Assembly: GCA_964057225.1 (NCBI GenBank) | Contig: OZ059900.1 | Coordinates: 9,114,001-9,178,000, forward strand | DNA from: Auanema rhodensis | Taxonomy: Eukaryota; Animalia; Nematoda | Reading direction: 5' to 3' | DNA: 64,000 bases | Shown here: positions 54,615 through 64,000 of the stretch, piece after piece | Position numbering within the stretch: position 1 is the first letter of the stretch | Layout of the letters: each line of letters starts with the position of its first letter | Translations under genes and position numbers: made by a program | The notes under the pieces: generated by a model | Seen by the model: the letters and a program-made list of their open reading frames with translations, nothing else | Told to the model about the DNA's origin: nothing | Databases searched by the model: none

Positions 54615-57600
54615 ATTCAATAATGAAGATGAATAAAGAGAAAGAAAGATCTATATAAAATCATAAGTAACAGTCAAAACTATAAATAATTCCATGTTGA
54701 TTTTCAAAACAACATGTATAGGGAAAAGATGATATCGATTGAAATTCCAACAAAAATTAAAATTTTCGAAACAATTACATTCAATAATGAAGATGAATAA
54801 AGAGAAAGAAAGATCTATAGAGAATCACAAGTAACAGTTAAAACTATAGACAATTCCATATTGATTTTCAAAACAACATGTATAGGGATAAGATGATATC
54901 GATTGAAATTTCAAGAGAAATAAAAATTTTCGAAACAATTCAATTCAATACTTAAGATGATTAAAGAGAAGGAAATATCTATATAGAATCACAAGTAACA
55001 GTCAAAACTATAGACAATTCCATATTGATTATCAAAACAACATGTATAGGTAAAAGATGATATTGATTGAAATTTCAAGAGAAATAAAAATTTTCGAAAC
55101 AATTCAATTCAATACTGAAAATGATTAAAGAGAAGGAAATATCTATAGAGAATCACAAGTAACAGTCAAAACTATAGACAATTCCATATTGATTATCAAA
55201 ACAACATGTAAAGGTAAAAGATGATATCGATTGAAATTTCAAGAGAAATAAAAATTTTCGAAACAATTCAATTCAATACTTAAGATGATTAAAGAGAAGG
55301 AAATATCTATAGAGAATCACAAGTAACAGTCAAAACTATAGACAATTCCATATTGATTATCAAAACAACATGTATAGGTAAAAGATGATATCGATTGAAA
55401 TTTCAAGAGAAATAAAAATTTTCGAAACAATTCAATTCAATACTTAAGATGATTAAAGAGAAGGAAATATCTATATAGAATCACAAGTAACAGTCAAAAC
55501 TATAGACAATTCCATATTGATTATCAAAACAACATGTATAGGGAAGAGATGATATCGATTGAAATTTCAAGAGAAATAAAAATTTTCGAAACAATTCAAT
55601 TCAATACTGAAAATGATTAAAGAGAAGGAAATATCTATAGAGAATCACAAGTAACAGTCAAAACTATAGACAATTCCATATTGATTATCAAAACAACATG
55701 TATAGGTAAAAGATGATATCGATTGAAATTTCAAGAGAAATAAAAATTTTCGAAACAATTCAATTCAATACTTAAGATGATTAAAGAGAAGGAAATATCT
55801 ATATAGAATCACAAGTAACAGTCAAAACTATAGACAATTCCATATTGATTATCAAAACAACATGTATAGGTAAAAGATGATATCGATTGAAATTTCAAGA
55901 GAAATAAAAATTTTCGAAACAATTCAATTCAATACTTAAGATGATTAAAGAGAAGGAAATATCTATATAGAATCACAAGTAACAGTCAAAACTATAGACA
56001 ATTCCATATTGATTATCAAAACAACATGTATAGGGAAGAGATGATATCGATTGAAATTTCAAGAGAAATAAAAATTTTCGAAACAATTCAATTCAATACT
56101 GAAAATGATTAAAGAGAAGGAAATATCTATATAGAATCACAAGTAACAGTCAAAACTATAGACAATTCCATATTGATTATCAAAACAACATGTATAGGTA
56201 AAAGATGATATCGATTGAAATTTAAAGAGAAATAAAAATTTTCGAAACAATTCAATTCAATAATGAAGATGATTAAAGAGAAGGAAATATCTATATAGAA
56301 TCACAAGTAACAGTCAAAACTATAGATAATTCCATATTGATTATCAAAACAACATGTATAGGTAAAAGATGATATCGATTGAAATTTAAAGAGAAATAAA
56401 AATTTTCGAAACAATTCAATTCAATAATGAAGATGATTAAAGAGAAGGAAATATCTATATAGAATCACAAGTAACAGTCAAAACTATAGACAATTCCATA
56501 TTGATTATCAAAACAACATGTATAGGTAAAAGATGATATCGATTGAAATTTAAAGAGAAATAAAAATTTTCGAAACAATTCAATTCAATACTGAAATTGA
56601 TTAAACAGAAAGAGAGATCTATATAGAATCACAAGTAAAAGTAAAAACTATAGACAATTCCATATTGATTATCAAAACAACATGTATAGGGAAGAGATGA
56701 TATCGATTGAAATTTCAAGAGAAATAAAAATTTTCGAAACAACTCAATTCAATACTTAAGATGATTAAAGAGAAGGAAATATCTATATAGAATCACAAGT
56801 AACAGTCAAAACTATAGACAATTCCATATTGATTATCAAAACAACATGTAAAGGTAAAAGATGATATCGATTGAAATTTCAAGAGAAATAAAAATTTTCG
56901 AAACAATTCAATTCAATACTGAAATTGATTAAACAGAAAGAGAGATCTATATAGAATCACAAGTAACAGTCAAAACTATAGACAATTCCATATTGATTAT
57001 CAAAACAACATGTATAGGGAAGAGATGATATCGATTGAAATTTCAAGAGAAATAAAAATTTTCGAAACAATTCAATTCAATACTGAAAATGATTAAAGAG
57101 AAGGAAATATCTATATAGAATCACAAGTAACAGTCAAAACTATAGACATTTCCATATTGATTATCAAAACAACATGTATAGGTAAAAGATGATATCGATT
57201 GAAATTTCAAGAGAAATAAAAATTTTCGAAACAATTCAATTCAATACTGAAATTGATTAAACAGAAAGAGAGATCTATATAGAATCACAAAAAATGATTA
57301 AACAGAAAGAGAGATCTATATAGAATCACAAGTAACAGTCAAAACTATAGACAATTCCATATTGATTATCAAAACAACATGTATAGGTAAAAGATGATAT
57401 CGATTGAAATTTCAAGAGAAATAAAAATTTTCGAAACAATTCAATTCAATACTGAAAATGATTAAACAGAAAGAGAGATCTATAAAGAATCACAAGTAAA
57501 AGTAAAAACTATAGACAATTCCATATTGATTTTCAATATAACATGTATAGGTAAAAGATGATATCGATTGAAATTTCAAGAGAAATAAAAATTTTCGAAA

Positions 57601-60600
57601 CAATTCAATTCAATACTGAAAATGATTAAACAGAAAGAGAGATCTATAAAGAATCACAAGTAAAAGTAAAAACTATAGACAATTCCATATTGATTTTCAA
57701 TATAATATGTATAGGTAAAAGATGATATCGATTGAAATTTCAAGAGAAATAAAAATTTTCGAAACAATTCAATTCAATACTGAAAATGATTAAACAGAAA
57801 GAGAGATCTATATAGAATCACAAGTAACAGTCAAAACTATAGACAATTCCATATTGATTTTCAATATAACATGTATAGGTAAAAGATGATATCGATTGAA
57901 ATTTCAAGAGAAATAAAAATTTTCGAAACAATTCAATTCAATACTGAAAATGATTAAACAGAAAGAGAGATCTATATAGAATCACAAGTAACAGTCAAAA
58001 CTATAGACAATTCCATATTGATTTTCAATATAACATGTATAGGTAAAAGATGATATCGATTGAAATTTCAACAAAAATAAAAATTTTCGAAACAATTCAA
58101 TTCAATACTGAAAATGATTAAACAGAAAGAGAGATCTATAGAGAATCACAAGTAAAAGTAAAAACTATAGACAATTCCATATTGATTATCAAAACAACAT
58201 GTATAGGTAAAAGATGATATCGATTGAAATTTCAACAAAAATAAAAAGTTTCGAAACAATTCAATTCAATACTGAAAATGATTAAACAGAAAGAGAGATC
58301 TATAGAGAATCACAAGTAAAAGTAAAAACTATAGACAATTCCATATTGATTATCAAAACAACATGTATAGGTAAAAGATGATATCGATTGAAATTTCAAG
58401 AGAAATAAAAATTTTCGAAACAATTCAATTCAATACTTAAGATGATTAAAGAGAAGAAAATATCTATATAGAATCACAAGTAACAGTCAAAACTATAGAC
58501 AATTCCATATTGATTATCAAAACAACATGTATAGGTAAAAGATGATATCGATTGAAATTTCAAGAGAAATAAAAATTTTCGAAACAATTCAATTCAATAC
58601 TGAAAATGATTAAACAGAAAGAGAGATCTATAGAGAATCACAAGTAAAAGTAAAAACTATAGACAATTCCATATTGATTATCAAAACAACATGTATAGGG
58701 AAGAGATGATATCGATTGAAATTTCAAGAGAAATAAAAATTTTCGAAACAATTCAATTCAATACTTAAGATGATTAAAGAGAAGAAAATATCTATATAGA
58801 ATCACAATTAACAGTCAAAACTATAGACAATTCCATATTGATTATCAAAAGAACATGTATAGGTAAAAGATGATATCGATTGAAATTTCAAGAGAAATAA
58901 AAATTTTCGAAACAATTCAATTCAATACTTAAGATGATTAAAGAGAAGGAAATATCTATATAGAATCACAAGTAACAGTCAAAACTATAGACAATTCCAT
59001 ATTGATTATCAAAACAACATGTATAGGTAAAAGATGATATCGATTGAAATTTCAAGAGAAATAAAAATTTTCGAAACAATTCAATTCAATACTGAAAATG
59101 ATCAAACAGAAAGAGAGATCTATAGAGAATCACAAGTAACAGTTAAAACTATAGACAATTCCATATTGATTATCAAAACAACATGTATAGGTAAAAGATG
59201 ATATCGATTGAAATTTCAACAAAAATTAAAATTTTCGAAACAATTCAATTCAATACTGAAAATGATTAAAGAGAAGGAAATATCTATATAGAATCACAAG
59301 TAACAGTTAAAACTATAGACAATTCCATATTGATTTTCAAAACAACATGTATAGGGAAGAGATGATATCGATTGAAATTTCAAGAGAAATTAAAATTTTC
59401 GAAACAATTCAATTCAATACTGAAAATGATCAAACAGAAAGAGAGATCTATAGAGAATCACAAGTAACAGTTAAAACTATAGACAATTCCATATTGATTA
59501 TCAAAACAACATGTATAGGTAAAAGATGATATCGATTGAAATTTCAAGAGAAATAAAAATTTTCGAAACAATTCAATTCAATACTGAAAATGATTAAACA
59601 GAAAGAGAGATCTATAGAGAATCACAAGTAAAAGTAAAAACTATTGATAATTCCATATTGATTATCAAAACAACATGTATAGGGAAGAGATGATATCGAT
59701 TGAAATTTCAAGAGAAATAAAAATTTTCGAAACAATTCAATTCAATACTGAAAATGATTAAAGAGAAGGAAATATCTATATAGAATCACAAGTAACAGTC
59801 AAAACTATAGACAATTCCATATTGATTATCAAAACAACATGTATAGGTAAAAGATGATATCGATTGAAATTTCAAGAGAAATAAAAATTTTCGAAACAAT
59901 TCAATTCAATACTGAAAATGATTAAAGAGAAGGAAATATCTATATAGAATCACAAGTAACAGTCAAAACTATAGACAATTCCATATTGATTATCAAAACA
60001 ACATGTATAGGTAAAAGATGATATCGATTGAAATTTCAAGAGAAATAAAAATTTTCGAAACAATTCAATTCAATACTGAAAATGATTAAACAGAAAGAGA
60101 GATCTATAGAGAATCACAAGTAAAAGTAAAAACTATTGATAATTCCATATTGATTATCAAAACAACATGTATAGGGAAGAGATGATATCGATTGAAATTT
60201 CAAGAGAAATAAAAATTTTCGAAACAATTCAATTCAATACTGAAAATGATTAAAGAGAAGGAAATATCTATATAGAATCACAAGTAACAGTCAAAACTAT
60301 AGACAATTCCATATTGATTATCAAAACAACATGTATAGGTAAAAGATGATATCGATTGAAATTTCAAGAGAAATAAAAATTTTCGAAACAATTCAATTCA
60401 ATACTGAAAATGATTAAAGAGAAGGAAATATCTATATAGAATCACAAGTAACAGTCAAAACTATAGACAATTCCATATTGATTATCAAAACAACATGTAT
60501 AGGTAAAAGATGATATCGATTGAAATTTCAAGAGAAATAAAAATTTTCGAAACAATTCAATTCAATACTGAAAATGATTAAAGAGAAGGAAATATCTATA

Positions 60601-61437
60601 TAGAATCACAAGTAACAGTCAAAACTATAGATAATTCCATATTGATTATCAAAACAACATGTATAGGTAAAAGATGATATCGATTGAAATTTCAACAAAA
60701 ATAAAAAGTTTCGAAACAATTCAATTCAATACTGAAAATGATTAAAGAGAAGGAAATATCTATATAGAATCACAAGTAACAGTCAAAACTATAGACAATT
60801 CCATATTGATTATCAAAACAACATGTATAGGTAAAAGATGATATCGATTGAAATTTCAACAAAAATAAAAATTTTCGAAACAATTCAATTCAATACTGAA
60901 AATGATTAAAGAGAAGGAAATATCTATATAGAATCACAAGTAAAAGTAAAAACTATAGACAATTCCATATTGATTATCAAAACAACATGTATAGGTAAAA
61001 GATGATATCGATTGAAATTTCAACAAAAATAAAAAGTTTCGAAACAATTCAATTCAATACTGAAAATGATTAAACAGAAAGAGAGATCTATATAGAATCA
61101 CAAGTAAAAGTAAAAACTATAGACAATTCCATATTGATTATCAAAACAACATGTATAGGTAAAAGATGATATCGATTGAAATTTCAACAAAAATAAAAAG
61201 TTTCGAAACAATTCAATTCAATAATGAAGATGATTAAAGAGAAGGAAATATCTATATAGAATCACAAGTAAAAGTAAAAACTATTGATAATTCCATATTG
61301 ATTTTCAAAACAACATGTATAGGTAAAAGATGATATCGATTGAAATTTCAAGAGAAATAAAAATTTTCGAAACAATACAATTCAATACTGAAGATGATCA
61401 GAGAGAAGGAAATATCTATAGAGAATCACAAGTAACA
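54615..61437 (+). repeat. 164-bp tandem satellite, array 3 (~41 units, more heterogeneous 'outer' subtype)
   Basis: Same monomer with variants GTAACAGTC, GATTAAAGAG, TTCAATTCAA and GATTATC. One 41-bp internal duplication at 57291-57331. Confidence 0.99.
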
Positions 61438-61816
61438 ACTAGAAAAACTACAATCTATATCTGCTATTGGAAGTTCTCACAATATGCATCAAAAATTTTG
61501 AAAAAGTTTAAAGAGAAGAATATTTTCATCAAAGTGATATATGATGGAAATTTAATAGAAATAACAAGTTTTGGATATAAAGTAATCCATACTACAGTTT
61601 TCTCAAAATGTTCTTATGTTGGTCATTCTTTTTTTCAAATTTATTAACGTAAAAAACATTGCAAAGAAAGATAAATTTGACAGAAATCATACGAATAAAG
61701 TGAAAAAAAACTTGAATAAAGTTTTTATAAAAGTTTGAACAATATTCTGAGCAAAATTTTTATACTATTAAAAAAAGTATAACAAATACAATGTGGGAAT
61801 GATTGGTATTATGATG

Positions 61817-63921
61817 TTATTCAATGCAATTTCGCTTCAAAATGTTAAATTTTTCTATGCAAATGTAATTCTTCATATGTCTGACTTCTTCCATACTGAT
61901 TGTTAGCTCCTAAATTTTTGGATTCATAATTATTCCCTGATCGACTAGAACTTTACCTGTCCTGCCACAATATTTTTTGTTGCAAATAGGCAAAAACGAG
62001 GATAAAGATAATCATGCTGATCAATGAATGTCATTTGAAATCGAAGATTGTCGCTTCCCCGCTTTGTCGCTCGAATTTGTCTAAAATTAATTTTATTTCT
62101 GTTTCTAAAAGAAAACACACTCGGAAATGTTACCAGCTAATGTGCTGGCAATTCGTACATTCATAATTGGCTGTGGTCTAAACATGGTTATTCTGTTCTT
62201 AATAAATTTGTCTTTGTTCTTACCTGCCCGATACTCCTGCAATATATGATGGGACCTTTTCAGGTAATTTAAGTCTAGCGAGTAGTGTTTTTTGATATGC
62301 AGGTATATCACCAATCATGGTATTGTAATATTTTTGCTTTCTTCTGTATCTTTCTCGGTAAAGAGCAGTCACCCCAGATCTAAGTGAAGTTCTCTGAAGA
62401 TCCCTCATTTTTAACCAGTCAAGGACATGAGTCGGATGTCGAAATGTTGGCAAATTTGGATATATTCTCAAGTGATGTGGAACTGTTTTTCTTTCTTTAG
62501 AAAAAGGTTGATAAGGCGGAGGATGTTTCTGAATTGGATATTTTCCCTTTTTATACAAATTCAACATCATACTGGCATGAAAATATTTAGAAAACTTCTG
62601 TAGTCCTCTTTTACTTGATAAACTGCGCCAACATAATTCATGACGACTGATCCTTTTGCAATATCTACTGTCGTACGCACACACCACCTATTCGAGCCTA
62701 TTGCGAATAGCTGAAATTTTTGAGTTATTTTTTGAAGTAGAACATTCTCTAAACATCACCTGTAGTGGATATATGAGCTTGCTCTGTGTGTACCGATTAT
62801 CACATAAATCAACTCGACAACTACAATTATCATGACATTCATAAATGCCCGTGTTAACTCTACTCATAATCATTCCATTTTTCAATCTGAGAAACATTTT
62901 CTGCTCAAAGAGAAAACTTATTAGCATTTTCATACTTTTTATATGATCCTTCCGGTTCTAATTTAGCAAAATTTAGCGTGTTTTGATAGCATTCACATTT
63001 CGAACGATCTTGGCAATTGTCTAAATATTTCTTAATTTATAAGTGTTTTGTAAAAATGTGTTTACCAGTACACGTGCATCCTTTACAGGGATCATATACA
63101 AGTTTTCTTCTGTTCTCCAATTCCGGTGTATATTCATAATCAGTTATATAATACACCTAATAATTATACATATATGTTATGCTGTACACCAAGTTAAATA
63201 TGGTTCTTGTTCACTTACAAAGGGAGTTCGCATTAATCCAATAGAGTTGACAACATTGATAGGAACATCCTCTTTTCCATCTGAGATATCATCCTCAACA
63301 ATGCTAGTATCTCTGGTCTAAAAAGCAATGTATATAAAGATTTTATAGTTAATTCACTGATTCAACTTACACTTAGTATACGAGATGGAATGACATAAGG
63401 GTTGAAATTGAAGTATCGGATATGAATACCGCAGTTACTTTCCTGAGTTATTGGTAAAGAAGATAAAATTTGAATAAATACACGAACCTGTAGAAATTTG
63501 TACACTTTTTCGGGAGAATTGAGATTTCGACCACATAAAGTACGATATAATACTTGTTTACCCTGAATGGTCCTGATTAGTAAGATATTTCAATTATAAA
63601 TATAATCAACCTTTGTACCTATGCCAAACTTTGTGGGGACTAGATACGGCGATATTTGACTTGTTTGCTTAATTCGTGCAGCAGTGAAACATTCCGAACT
63701 ACATTCATGACTTTTTGGAACACGTTCAGGCAGTCTTTTATTATTCGCTCTAAAAATAATGTATTGTTTTATTTATCTCAAAACCAGCAAATACGGCAAT
63801 ATCGAAAACAAATTTCTTTTTTTTTTTTTGAAGAAATTTGTGAAAATGATTGCTGTATAAGAAATCTTTACCTTGCAACTAATGGATGATCCATTTGATC
63901 TATATTGAATTTTACTGGCAT
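61817..63921 (-). CDS. SETDB1/MET-2-like protein (MBD-like + pre-SET + split SET), 13 exons, 484 aa, predicted catalytically inactive
   Basis: Exons (5'->3'): 63921-63872, 63749-63611, 63562-63488, 63442-63371, 63317-63219, 63156-63066, 63020-62936, 62886-62760, 62710-62573, 62528-62224, 62177-62121, 62080-61957, 61909-61817. Total 1455 nt, open throughout. Motifs: SPYLVP, VLYRTLCGRNL, FNFNPYV (MBD-like); DISDGKEDVPINVVN, GCTCTDNCQDRSKCEC, TGIYECHDNCSCRVDLCDNRYTQ (pre-SET); WCVRTTVDIAKGSVVMNYVG, FIDQHDYLYPRFCLFATKNIVAGQELT (SET). There is an in-frame stop upstream of the ATG. Confidence 0.9.
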
Positions 63922-64000
63922 TGTCGTTTCGTTATTTTACTCTAACAATTACCTGAACAGATAAATAAACTGATTTAATAAAGAGAAAAAATAATATTCA

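Noticed and set aside
57291-57331. 41-bp duplication as evidence that the monomer is 4 x 41 bp
   Set aside because: Internal similarities in the monomer fall at ~55-64 bp offsets, not 41 bp, so the ratio looks coincidental.
61330-61647. 105-aa ORF at the end of array 3
   Set aside because: It starts in the satellite and runs off into AT-rich flank, so it is a chance fusion.
62670-62700. Suspected frameshift in the first SET exon
   Set aside because: On re-reading, the frame is continuous (LFAIGSNRWCVRTTVDIAKG), so the gene is not a frameshifted pseudogene.
62105-63889. ORFs 62105-62314, 62220-62687, 62688-62933, 63043-63321 and 63656-63889 as separate genes
   Set aside because: The minus-strand ORFs are exon fragments plus intron read-through of the single SETDB1-like gene. 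The plus-strand ORFs are antisense shadows.

Overview
This is AT-rich eukaryotic DNA, almost certainly nematode (40-50 nt GT-AG introns, TTTCAG-type acceptors). About 83% of the window is one 164-bp satellite in three arrays: 1-24944 on the minus orientation, and 30631-52106 and 54615-61437 on the plus orientation. The satellite flips orientation across a ~6.1-kb palindrome (24732-30843). Its outer arms are almost identical, but its innermost ~500 bp is an older, imperfect hairpin (~88% arm identity, 7-nt loop at 27781-27787). Each arm carries an internally deleted Tc1-like element, two tRNA-like A/B-box cassettes pointing at the centre, and a (TC)n minisatellite. Satellite subtypes form mirror-image layers around the palindrome. 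Two spliced genes missed by the ORF track were reconstructed by hand. One is an intron-containing PaREP1/HEPN-like gene (53860-54580, +), a family known mainly from prokaryotes, on a 2.5-kb island between satellite arrays. The other is a complete 13-exon, 484-aa SETDB1/MET-2-like gene (61817-63921, -) that keeps its MBD-like and pre-SET domains but has lost the catalytic SET motifs. The repeated 60-aa ORFs are satellite artefacts. All alignments and family assignments were made by eye; no searches were run.
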